Assembly: GCA_964016885.1 (NCBI GenBank)
Contig: OZ024746.1
Coordinates: forward strand, 41,168,001-41,232,000
Direction: 5' to 3'
DNA from: Eledone cirrhosa
Taxonomy: Eukaryota
Length of the DNA: 64,000 bases
Shown here: piece after piece, positions 27,201-40,105 of the stretch
How positions within the stretch are numbered: the first letter of the stretch is position 1
Layout of the letters: every line of letters begins with the position of its first letter
Notes under the pieces: model-generated
Database searches by the model: none
What the model was told of the DNA's origin: nothing
What the model saw: only the letters and a program-made list of their open reading frames with translations
Position numbers and translations under genes: made by a program

Positions 27201-28023
27201 GTCACCCAACTTGCTAAAAATAGCAACTAAACCTCTCGCAAGTCCTGCCCCAGTGTCGTAAAAGAAAGCCATATTAGAGAATTGTTTCTGCTTTTGGCAA
27301 AGGACAGCAATTATCTCAGTGCATTACTGGTTCTTTATTTTATCTACCCCATAAGGATGAAAGACAAAGTTAACCTCGGGAGGATTGGAGCCCATACCGT
27401 AAAGGGTCATAACTCTATGCTGCAAAACGTGGCTTTCAACCTTCTACCGATACTGCCAATGCAGATAATGTCATCCTAAGATCTTTGCAGATAAGAAAAA
27501 GATGGAATGCACACAGCTGGAATGTCTGTGATCATAGTTCTATTTGATCAGGGCTCTCCTGGGGGCTAAATAGCAAATTAACAACAACAACAACAACAAC
27601 AACAACAGAAGCCATATATAAAATAATAAAACACATAGAATCAAACAAATGTTTTACACTTTTGCTATGATTGATCTACAAGTCAGTTCTAAATGTTTGA
27701 TTGGTCACCTCTGGACCATAGGTCAGCTAAAGATGACCTAACCAAATTCACTCATCATCAACAAAAGTAATGAATGATTAGAACAAGAATTATAATAACA
27801 CAAGCTGTGTATTTGAAACTTGTTGAAGTAATCTATCTCTGCTTCAGCTTATTGTGATACAAAATAGTTAAAACATCTCCATTCATAAGCAATTGTTTGA
27901 TGTTAAGAAGAATATGAAGCTGCTAAATATTTGATCAAATGATTCATGAGAATAATTTAAATAATTCATACAAATGAATGTTTATATTGACTTGAGCAGT
28001 AAAACCAAACATTAAAAACACAA

Positions 28024-28070
<47 letters not shown>

Positions 28071-28144
28071 CACACACACACGTGTGTGTGTGCGTGTGTG
28101 TATCATCATCATCACTGTTTTACATCAATTTTTCCACGATAACA

Positions 28145-28215
<71 letters not shown>

Positions 28216-28384
28216 CATATAACCCATATAAGTGTGGAAAACAGACATAAAAACGATGATGATATATATATCATAATTTTACATCTATTTTCTTTGTTAA
28301 ACAAGTCAGATGACAGTGTCTTACTTATACATTCCATTTTGGCATGGTTTCTGTGGCTGGATGCTCTTCCTAATGCCAACTTCA

Positions 28385-29700
28385 ATAATGGATGACAATG
28401 ACTATATCATCCTGACTGGTGACTTCAATGGACATGTTGGGTAGCACCAGAATGGCTGTTTGGAGTGGATGGTGGCTATGGATATTGCTTGAGAAATGAA
28501 GCGGGATCAAGGCTCTTAGAATTCAGTTAAGAAAATGGCTTAATCATTTGAAACACTGGCTTCTCGAAACTGACTAGTCACCTGATCATTCAAGGGAAGA
28601 TATAAGTCAGATTGACTTCATGCTTGTTAGAAAATAGGGTAAATAGTATAACCATTGTTACAAGGGAAAGGAGGAGACTCTAAAAGGGAGCAACTACAGA
28701 GGCATAAAACTGATGGATCATGTTGTGAAAGTGATAGAAAAGAGAGTTAGCACAACTAATTAGGGAAAGAGTCAAATTAAATGAGATGTAGTTTGGCTTT
28801 GTGCCAGAAAAGAGCACCACAGATGCTCACTTCTTAGTGAGAGAACTACAAGAGAAGTTCCTAGCTATGCACCAGCTGCTATATATGGCTTTTGTTGATC
28901 TGGAAAAAGGTTTATTGTCAGAGTACCATAATTTGTTACCTGGTAATCCTGAAGAAAACTGGGTATAGATGAGTGTCTTGTGAGATCAATGAAAATCATG
29001 TACAGAGGTGATGTCAGTAAAGTGAGAATAGATAATGTGTTTAGTGGAGAATTCAAAGTGCAAGTAGGTGTTCATCAGAGAGAGTACTTAGACTAATCTT
29101 ATAGTTCTCCAGGCCGTAACAGTTTAAGACCAATTGTCTGTATACTGATGACCTAGTTCTTATAGCTGAATCTGTGCAAGACCTAGAGATGGAATTGTTG
29201 TTGTGGAAACAGAACTAAGAATAAAAAGACTAAAACTTAACCAAGACCAAAGTTTTAGTGACTCCACCAGAGAAATGGCCATGCTCATTGTGATCTGAAA
29301 TGGTCGGACTAACCTTGCATCTTCGATTTACTCTGGACCGAGTCGTCCACTATTCATGTGACTTACATCCGATTCTAGGATACCAGAACCTTTCTCACTC
29401 GCGTTAGTACAACACATCCGCACCCGACCACGTCCTGAGGGGGAAAAGGTAGTCAATAGGCCCTGAACCCTCATGTGATGTCACTCATCCTTCTGCTTCC
29501 GGTAAGGCACCCCCCAATTTCTGGCAGTCTTTTCTCGGCAACCCACACTCAGTATGTAGAATAGGAGTAAGTAGGAACTCTATATGATGTACACAATGTA
29601 AAATATGATTACACAAGTTGTGTAGTAGGATAGCAGAGAGACTTTGGAAGACTTTGTGTATGGCAGATGCACAGGGACAGTAGTTAGAGCATCAGTGGAA
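28385..29700 (+). mobile_element. Old, decayed RTE LINE (endonuclease and RT remnants)
   Basis: ILTGDFNGHVG, SQIDF, NYRGIKLMDHVVKVIE, FGFVPEKSTTDA and YTDDL, with many stops. Confidence 0.85.
29289..29547 (-). mobile_element. Solo LTR related to the 39845-43988 element
   Basis: TGTGATCTGAAA...ACCCACA, 259 bp, with near-TSD CTCAT/CTCAG. It interrupts the RTE WPCS motif and shares CTGCTTCCGGT...GCAC with the related LTRs. Confidence 0.75.
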
Positions 29701-32700
29701 TAAACTTTCCCAATTGTGCATCACAGGAAAATATTCATTTTGGTTGTAAAGAAGCTGATGAAGTTTGCACCAAGAACTGAAATCATAATTTCATAGTTGC
29801 TGAATGCATTTGTGACATTTAACCTATGTTTTAGCATGAACATTTTTTTCATATATTGAAATCCTATGTTTCAACCAGGCTAAATAAACTTCTTTTCAAA
29901 TGTAGATTTTTTTTCATTTATATGCTCTATGCCATTTTTCTTGATTATATACTAATTTGTATGGTGTAAAAAGCCTCACTTGATTTATACATTGGTCTTT
30001 TGTGGAAATATATAAGATAAGTTTTTTTGTTTTATTTATATACAGGATATGCTATTGATAACCAGTGGCAGGTGAATACCAATGACTGACGTTTGGAATG
30101 ATTTATACAGTCTGTCAATAAAATGAATTATCTTGTCTATTATCCAAATACTATATTTTGTTGGGAGCAACATTTTTGTACATGGCCCATATCACCTCAT
30201 TTAATTACAAAATTGCTTTCTCTTGCATTTCATTGCATATATGATCATATACAAGAACATATATCTATAAAATATCATGCACACCATATCATTATATAAT
30301 CAGAATATAAAGATAAGAGTGATGATATAGAAAAATAATGCTGATAATAATGATAGGGGTGGTGACAATAATGATGAAGATGATGATGATGTTGATAAGG
30401 AGGATGATAGTTACGTTTTGAAAAGAATGATACATGCAGCAAAATTATAGCAAATAAGGTTGAAGATGTGATCAGAATCAATTGCTATATTTGCTTTCCT
30501 TCACTGCAAACAATCTATTTCTATCTTATAAATAACTTTTGACCAAAAGGTCTTTGTTCAAATACATCGCTGTCACCATCTTTTCTACTTAACTTTTGGG
30601 GAAACTCTTTCTGTTTTATTGAATTTACCCAAATGAGTTCCCAGTTTTATAAGTGTCTGTATACTGACATTACACTGCTGCACAGTTATAAATTACATCT
30701 CTGGAAGGTATGCTACATTAAATCCTGATATATATTCCATCATATTACTTCTTCTCTTTCAAGATATTGATTTTATTCTGTGCCAAGCTGACACCTCTGT
30801 CAGCATCAACAACTTGGCTTCTTTAGAAAATTTTCTAGGCCACGGAGGTTACTTGTTATTAGTTGTCTGGAAATGACAGCGAAAATGAAGACTAACTGGC
30901 AAATGACCTATTAACTAGTATATCTTTGTCACTATTAAAAATATTGTGATGTACTGTAAAACACCAAATAAATAATTCATAAGCTACGCAGAATTTTGTA
31001 TATGGAAATTTCTACTGAATCTCTATACACTGAAAGCTTACTACCCATATATCATAGTATCATTTTTAATCAGCATCACTATGTTTGAGATGATATCAAA
31101 AATATTAAAGAGAGAATCTGCTTTATGTCTCTGCTAGCTAGACTTTTGAACTGCTTGAATTCTAATCAGGAAAACATGAATATTGTTATTTCTGAATGGA
31201 CTTTCTGATCGTTGGTTTATTATAGATGTAAAGCTATGGGGAACATAGTGACAGATAGTGAAATGGCCTCTAGGCAGATACAGAGGTTAGCTGTGAATAA
31301 TTCTTGATGGTTAATAAGTAGCTGCAGACCAATAGTAGTTGCAATCATCGGGGTGCAGTGACCCAACTAATAGCATTGTTGGATCTATAAAAAGCTGTAC
31401 ACACTCTATGATGATGTTTTGACAAGGCAGATAATGATAAACTTCAAATAAATCTTACTTCCACTTATGGGTTAGGGAACTACAGCTTTCTCTTCTTCCA
31501 GTTGTCCATATCTTTGATGTTCTGCTGGCTCTTGCCTTTTAGGGTTAACCATTTAGCATCTACATTACTCTATATATACTATTGTATTTTTGTGGTAAAG
31601 GCTTTATCTTATTATTGAATGATTTTGAGAACAATACCTTAACATCAGTATGAGTAGCCAGTTTGAACAGAAAGAGGTGAGAGGATTCTGGCCGGATATG
31701 GCCAGTTTAAATGCTAAAGGGTTAAGAGGGTGACTGTGTTTACTTGCAACTACATGAGCATCTAAAATAAGAACGAAGGCATGATGCATAAAAAGGAAAC
31801 TTACATAATTGTGAATGATAGCCAAGATATATAACTAACCCCATATTGGGTATGTCTGCAGTAATGCTGCAGTTCTTTAACAATCATCTCCATGAGTTAA
31901 AGTTATTTTAGGTCATATCAAATCACAAAACTTAGGTTTTATTTGGAATGTTTTTGCTTTAACTACCATCAGCCATCATTTCACAACACTTTTTTCTCCA
32001 GTACACATTTGTCTGGTTCCTAGATATCTAATAATTCTCATAATTTATTACTTCTCCTTCTCCACTCTCTTCTTAGCTCTGACCTCTTTCTCTACACAAC
32101 TACATTCAATTTATCTTTCATATTCACATGACACATCAAATTGATGATAATGAAATCATTCCTTGCTAGCTGTTAAGAAATAAGATCTCAATCTTAGAAA
32201 ATTTAAAGCTTACAGCTATATAGAACAAATTACGTTCAATGTCTGTCTTTGTGCACTAAGATGGCATTAGAGAAGCAGAAAAATCTAAATTGATGGTTGT
32301 TAAAATACTGCATAAAAAAACTTATATATATATACATCTATATATATATACATCTACATACATATATATATACACATACACTTACATACATATATATATA
32401 TTTGGTTTCTCTGATAAAATGTTAGAGAAAAAGAACAGAATATCTTCTCCTTTGAGAATACAACTTTCCACTCAGGCCAACAATTTTAACAACTTTTATA
32501 TTGATAAATTAAAAAAAATTGGCTCCAATTTCATTCTTCAATTTCTCTAAGTGTTGAGGTCAACAGCAATGGTATAACCCTAGGTACTTTTTCAAGAAGA
32601 AATGTCAAAAGAATCGAGGAAAACATTTCTGCTTGGATAGAACAACTACATATATATATATCTATTCCATGATTATATAGATTTAAATATCAAACTATTG

Positions 32701-33060
32701 GATATTTCTGATACAATTATTTGCCAATCATAAGATTCGTTTGAATCAGTAGAATCAGTTGATTATCAGAAAAACTTTTTTTTTTTTTATTATATAAAAA
32801 GCCATCCAACTGATTGCCAAAACTTTACTTATTAACCCTTTAGCATTTACATTACTCTATATTTACTATTGTATTTTCGTGGTAAAGGCTTTATCTCACA
32901 TAATATCGAATCTATGAGATTTTGATATTATTTATTTTGAGAACAATACCTTAACATAAGTATGAGTAGCCGGTTACAATCACTTTGAACAGAAAGAGGT
33001 GAGAGAATTCTGGCCGAATACAGCTGGTTTAAATGCTAAAGGATTAACATACTACAACTA

Positions 33061-33258
33061 TGAGGGTCAGCTGAAAAGTTCATAGGCTGACCAAGATACT
33101 CTCATGGAATAACCAAATAAGGTTTATTTTTCAATATAGTCCCTGGAAAAAAACAATGCAGTTATTAATAAGAAGAGTTGAAATTAATGCATGCAAGATT
33201 TCACAGCTCTAGCATCACTCTTTTATAGTCAGCCTATAAACTTTTCAGCCAACCCTCA
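33061..33258. mobile_element. mariner-type MITE (second copy 35328-35529)
   Basis: ~30-bp TIRs TGAGGGTCAGCTGAAAAGTTCATAGGCTGAC / GTCAGCCTATAAACTTTTCAGCCAACCCTCA with TA TSD. Confidence 0.85.
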
Positions 33259-36200
33259 TATTTGCACACTAACTCATGTTTGTTCTATGTCATTTCTTCT
33301 TTTACTTCAATAGTTCCAGCTTTTCTGAACTAGCATGTTAGAATTGGTGGAATTTAAAAATATTTTTCAGTGCCTCCAAGACTGGGGGGTTTAGGAAGTT
33401 AATCACAAACAGGAGAACAGGCCAAAATGCTTGCAACAGATTTCAAAAGCACCCACGGATCAGTTGGAGGTGTTGAACTGCATGATGGATTAAGTCTACT
33501 TCTTAAGAAGCAGTCCCTCCAGTCAGCTTTCACATAAGTCTCCATTAACCAAATTTCATTCACAAGGCTTCGGGCAATCCAGAAGATACTTTGCTCATGG
33601 TACTATAACAATCGATCAACAAGATCCCAGACAAGTTGGGTGGACCTCGCCAAATCAGACTAATGAAACAATGTTTCCATTGGTCTTTCCAATTGGTAAT
33701 GCTATCTACCAGTCAAAAATCCAGGCAGAAGGAGCAACGTGAAATAAAGTGTCTTACTCAAGGACATAACTCATTGCCCGGTCCAGGAATCAAACTCACC
33801 TCACAATTGCAAATCCAATTCGCTAACCACTCAGCCATGTGCCTTCACATGGTACAATGCAATGGGATTAAACCTGAAATCATATAGCTTCCAAGTGAAC
33901 TTCTTAACCAAACAATTATAACTGCATTCATGATAAAGAGACAGACAAAAATCCTTACAGTATTTAGGTTCTGAATTAAAATCCTGTTACAGAAGGGCAG
34001 CAGGTGATAGAAAGGGTATCCAGCCATAGAAAGCCCCCCCCCCCCCCCCCCAAAAGGGTTGGGAGTACCTTTCAGTTGTGTCAAAGACATGATAACCTTC
34101 TCTGTGCACTCAATAGAACATAAGACTGTACATAAGCGAGATGAAGCCCCCTCATCCCTGGGGTCTTTCTGGGAGGTCAGTAGACCTGCTTCAGTACTGA
34201 CTTGGACTATGTAGACCCACCCAACCCTTGCTATTAGGGAAAGCAGATGTTAGATGACAATGACAGTGATGATGATGATTATTGAGGTTAACTTCAATTT
34301 TTAGCCTTTCAAGGTTGATAAAATAAGTATCAGTTAAATACTGGGATTGCCATAATCAATTTTCTCCTGCTACCAACATTTGTAGCCTTGTATCAAAGTT
34401 AGAGGTCAATATTTCAATATTTTCCAATTCTACATTCAATTATTTGTTGTCCTAAATATAATTCAATATCTCCTTCCAATCAAAAGTTTTCAAATTGATT
34501 TTTCCAAGACATTATTAAAAATATAAAAAAAAATGGATAAATGATTTCAAAACAAATATGGTAAAATTCTGAAATAATAACTCTGCCTCCATACACATAT
34601 ACATGCATACACACAACACACATACACATGCATGCACACACATACATGTACACAGACACATACAAAGAAAATATTAATTTATTATTGAATGTATCTGTAT
34701 TAATAGCACAAAAACATTTTGTGTGAGTGTCAAATGAAATATGAATATGTGACCTTTAAATAATTGTTTCTACATTTGGCAAAAGGCCTGCAATTAGAAG
34801 AGAAGGGGAAAGTTGATAAAATCAACCCCAATGCATTACTGTTGCTTTATTTTATTGACCCTATAAAGATGAAAGGCAAAGCTAACCCCAGCAAGATTTG
34901 AACTCAGAACATAAAGGGCCATAATTATATGCTGCAAAGCATGTTGTCTGACACTCTACCAATACTGCTAATTAATGTTCTTTAACCCTTTAGCATTTAA
35001 ATTGGCCGTATCTGGCCAGAATTCTCTCATTTCTTTCTGTTCAAACCGGCTGCTTATACTTATTTTAAGGTATTGTTCTCAAAATAAATAATATCAAAAT
35101 CTTGTAGATTCAATATTATGTGAGGTAAAGTGTTTACCATGAAAACACAATAGTAAATATAGAATAATGTAAATGCTAAAGGGTTAAATAATATGACAAT
35201 GAAACAATTAAGACAATTAATATACTGGAATGTGAAGTATGGTTCTTAATTAGGCAGGAGCATGATATATATATATCTGGCTACAACTTCTGAAAATAAT
35301 AATTTTTTTGACTGTCTGTGTGATATACGAGGGTGGTTTGAAAAGTTCATAGGCTGATCTGACCAAGATACTCTCATGGAATGACCAAATGAGGTGTATT
35401 TTTCAACATAGTCTCTAGAAAGAAACAATGCAGTTATTAATAAGAAGAGTTGAAATTAATGCATGCAAGATTTCCTAATATTGCCATCACTCCTTCATAG
35501 TCAGCCTATGAACTTATGCAGCCAACCCTTCTACAGAGCCGGATTAAGACTTTAGAACTGAAAAAGTTGTGGGTTCCCATTTTTATGGGCTCTGGTTCAG
35601 CTGCAACATTGGCACCATGGTTTATTATTAAAAACAAACAAACAAAAGACAATAGAGTCATAGATGTTCTTTACAAATAATTATTCCTACTTCTTCCCCA
35701 CTACTACAAGCAGCATCTCTTAGGTTATACTATCCATTTTGTTCTTTCATTTTTGAAAGATGACAGAATGTGATTTCAGGTAGATTTGGCTGCTATGTCT
35801 AGCAGGTTAAGGAGCTACCATATAGAAACTAGTATTTTGTTGGCTTGTTTTCTTATGTTTTATCCATATATAAGTGGCTGACCTAAATCTAATTCAAGAT
35901 ATATTGAAGAAACATTAATAGTTACAGCTGAATGCACCTTTTATCAACATTCATTGTCACACTAGAATGCACCTGCTGAATACATCAACATTTAGTGCAA
36001 TTCTCTAACAGGTATATTGCTTTATCAATGGAATTTTCTACAGATACACACATATTTTCATTCATGGTATTATTGACTTTTTATCTACTGTACTTTATTA
36101 AAATTTCCTTTATAGGCAAGGCAGTAATTCACTAACCACAAAATTGAGTGTTAGGAAGATATATAAAAAGATTTATATTACATTACAAATGTTTAAAATA

Positions 36201-37016
36201 TTTTCGATAATTTTATATTTATTCTGCTCTGTATTTGATAACTCTGCTAATATATTTACTATGTAGATTTGTCAGGTCAAGCTTCTACCTGCTACTGGTA
36301 CCATGTAACCCAGTACAACCATGGTCGAGCGGTCAGCAACTACAAACTAAACCTGGTCTGGTGAGGATGGTAAGTGGAACCTCAGCAGCACAAAGAATAA
36401 GAGCTGTTAAAAAAAGGGCAGATGAATTCCTCAGAGTCAACGGCCATCCATCCCAAGGTTAGCTTTGGCTTTTATCCTTACGGTGTTGATAAAATAAAGT
36501 ATCAATAATGCACTGGGGTTGATTTAATTGACTTACCTATCCCCCCAAATCGTTGGCTTTGTGCCTAAATCAGAAACAGGTGAAAGAAATTGTGTGGTGG
36601 ATGCATTTGTAGTGGATGCCTCTTCAGCAAATCCCTGATTAACTTTTTTAAATTTCACTTGAAGAGGAAAATTAGAGTGGTGATGGAAGGCCTTCCAACC
36701 AGTTTTTTGAAAGATGTGTGAGAGTGGCAAGCATGGTCTGTGTGAATGGGCCTGCCTTGAGCATACACTTGTAGATTGGAGGAGAAAACCTGTGAGAGGG
36801 CACTTTGACCTAGCAGACAGGGTGAGTGGCTTTTGTGAGATTTCTCCATGAGTGACCCTTGTAGTCTCCTCACCTTTGGGGAATTTGTTCGTTTTTAAAT
36901 GTTTATTTTCTTAGTCTCTGTTATAAATTTTATTTTACACACACACACTCACAAAAACTACACTCTATCGCCCTGTCCCGACTTTAATGTGAGCCCTGTG
37001 TGGCTTATAAAAAAAT

Positions 37017-37310
37017 TATTATTATTACTAGTTTTATTTTATAGCATGTTATCACCACATTACCAAGCACAGCTGTGCACCTTGGGAATGTGCAGTGTGG
37101 TTTTCGTTGGTGTTGTTTCTATTGTATTAAGAATTTTCATTATAATAGGTGTGCAGTCTTAGTAGCACTATTTTTTGTATGCTGTGTATATTTGTAAGTC
37201 CTGGGGTTTTGGTTATATATGTCTGAGTGTTTTATTCTAATTTGATTATTTATCATGACCAACTTTGATGTTACTTTGTGCTGGATATTTTAGGGAATAC
37301 CAGGTTACAA
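37017..37310 (-). mobile_element. R4/Dong-like LINE 3' end
   Basis: Minus-strand peptide YITKTPGLTNIxSIQKIVLLRLHT resembles the R4/Dong C-terminal IQKAVLLGTA. It ends in an (AAT)n tail. Confidence 0.6.
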
Positions 37311-37503
37311 CTAGCCCCCCCCCCCTGGCTTTCCTGTCGGTCTAGGTGGGCCCCCTAGGCTATAATTCTAAACACATAACTTATTACACATGTAATTACG
37401 AATCCTTAACTACAACAACGTAAAGAAAACGCTTAATCTCTAATAAGACTAGAAGTTAAGACCAATCTCTTGTTTATTTAAAAAATATAATATTTAGGAT
37501 AAA

Positions 37504-37741
37504 ATGGCAACTGCATCTAAAAAAAAGTGCAGACAATATTCCGTCGAATAAAAACGTTAAATTTTTTTTACTTGCTTTCCCCACATCTTATTTAGTTGAG
37601 TCAGGTTTCAGTCGGGTTATGCATCTACTTTCAAAAAGTCAAAATCGCCTTGATATAGAAAGAAGAGGTGATTTACGACTCTCTCTAACGGCTTTCACAC
37701 CAAACATTGACAAATTGCATCAATCACAGGGATCTCATTAA
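37504..37741 (+). pseudogene. Internally deleted Buster/Charlie-type hAT transposase
   Basis: MATASKKKCRQYSVE is joined to FLLAFPTSYLVESGFSRVMHLLSKSQNRLDIERRGDLRLSLT...HQSQGSH*. Confidence 0.8.
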
Positions 37742-38153
37742 AAACCGATTATTATATTCTTTGATTTGTAAATATAAATAAATGATTTGATATCTAAATT
37801 CTATATTATTCTATTTGTTTGAAATGTTGTAATACATGTTTATGTTATTCTTGATACTCAGGTTTTTAACCTAATATTTAATTAAAAGTATAATTATGCA
37901 TGAGTATATACACACAAATATATATATCTATATATTGTGTGTATATATATAAAAAATATATATAATATTTTTATTTATATTGTTACTTTTTATCATTAGT
38001 CACATTTTAGAACAATTTGGTATTTGCGACATTTCCTGGACTTTTGCTCTATGTTTTGTTTTTCGTCGATTATTTGACGTGTTTTCATTCTTCGGTGTTG
38101 AATATCAAATCAAGCAAATTGCATTATTCCAAGTGTGTCAATATAGTGCTCAT

Positions 38154-38467
38154 TGTTGGTATGGTGTGGTGTGTAGTGGCCGGAGGCTGGGCGTGCTTGA
38201 CCGGAAGCAGATGTGACGTCAGCTTGAGAGGCCCCTTTCTCTTCTACGGTGGTCATCGGACTGATACAGACGTGCGATTTGAGGCTGCGATCGGCGAGCT
38301 GGATTGTACACACGTGGAAGAGAGGAAAACCAGCCAACGACTTTGCCAGGATCAGAGAAATGCGGTAAGTGAAGTGGCTTTCTAATCACAAGCTATTTCG
38401 GCACTTAAAGACTTATAGAAAAAAAAAAGGAAGAATTTTTTTTTTAAGACAAAGCCACTGGAAAACA
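38154..38467 (+). mobile_element. Truncated LTR element: LTR (38154-38390), PBS and ~65-bp leader
   Basis: TGTTGGTATGGTGTGG...TTTCTAATCACA is followed by AGCTATTTCGGCACT. Homologous to the 5' end of the 39845-43988 element. Confidence 0.85.
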
Positions 38468-40105
38468 TGTCAATATAGTGCTCATTAACAATGCTGCCTA
38501 AAAAAATTTACAAAACTGGAGCAGCAAAGAGGAGAGAAGCTAGACAAGCTGCCACGGAAGAATCTGCAAATAAATGTCATCTAATCACAAGTTTTCTGAA
38601 AAGTCAACAAGTAGTGACGCATCCCAAAGCAACGTAACTGCCGGAATTTCCGGCGAGTCGGTCTGGTCAGATGAACTGGAGAAACAGAAAACCACTGGAG
38701 AGTCACGAGAACCTGACGTCGAAGATGCCTCAGGTCCATCGACTATCTCAACAACCGTCGTAGTCACTGAAGATATAGTTCCAACTGGGGATCCAAACTC
38801 AATAGAGGGAAAAATGGCTGTATCGGAATCTGAAAATGAAAATGATTCAGAGGATGCATGTTGAATTTACAAGAGAAGTATCCAAGCGACCCGAAACATT
38901 TCGAGAACAGACCATTGATGACACCTCTAATTCGCGCCCTCAAGGCCGTTGGTCCTTGTCAGCCAGGATTGAAAGATAATTTTGCTGATTTCCCTCTCGA
39001 CTCGAACCACAGAAAATTCAACATCAGTTGGTACAAGAGAAAGTGTGCTGGAATCCATAAAGTTGACCGACACTGGTTAGTATACTCTCCTGAATCCAAC
39101 AGACTATATTGCTTTTGTTGTTGGCTGTTTGCTGATAAAAATGCCGAATCTTACTCGAAGACTTGGGGTAATCCAGAGTGTGGGATGGCAAACTTCACAA
39201 AGGGAATCGAAAAAATTGCCAAGCATGAGAAAAGTGCCATTCACATCAATGCACAAAAGTGACAAAATATCGTTTGGACGCAGATAAAACAGTGATCGAT
39301 AACCTCATCCATGAAGAGAAGAGAATTGAACGAAATCGCCAGATATTGAGGCGATTGCTTGATTGTACGTTATTTCTCGCAAAACAAGGCCTGGCCTTCA
39401 GAGGTCACAGGGAATATGCTGGACTTGGCGCCAAATCAGAAATTGAAGGAAACTTGATTGAATTGTTGAAATTGATGGCCAAGTATGATACGATCTTGGA
39501 AAGCCATTTATTCTCGCCCAGGCGCACTAAAAGACAGCCTATGTCCAAAATTACAAAACGGATTCATAGAATGCCTGGCAAACGAATGTACTCACCAAAT
39601 AATCACGGAAGTGAAAGCGGCAAAATACTATTCAGTCATCGTCGATTCCACAATAGACATTTCGCATCAGGATCAATGCTCTGTGTCACTGCGATATGTA
39701 TCGAAAAGTAGCCACGCTCAGGAGCATTTCCTGTCGTTTTGTGAACTAGAATCAGCAGCCACTGAATTATTTTACGATACGCTTGTGAAAGTTCTTTTCC
39801 AGTATCTATCCTTGGACGCTCAATATATTAGGGGACAAGCTTACTGTGGTTAGAAAAAGCTATCTCACTTACTGCTTTTCATAGGCGCCGCTAAATTCCA
39901 CTGCTGGTCTCTCCTCTTTCACGTGCGTCCAACTGCTTAACACCGGGAGCTGCCAAAACTGGCGTCCACACCGTTGCTGGTCACCACGAGAGAGGGCCAT
40001 CTGCTGGCCCTTCTGGTCGAGCATGCTTCCGGCCAAGCACCCTTCCGGTCGAGCACTCCCCCGCTTCCAGCCACCGCACGCCACACCATACCCCCCCCCC
40101 TGATC

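Noticed and set aside
40091-40100. 3' LTR lacking its TGT start
   Set aside because: It lies in a G homopolymer merged with the PPT, so it is probably a mutation or assembly error.
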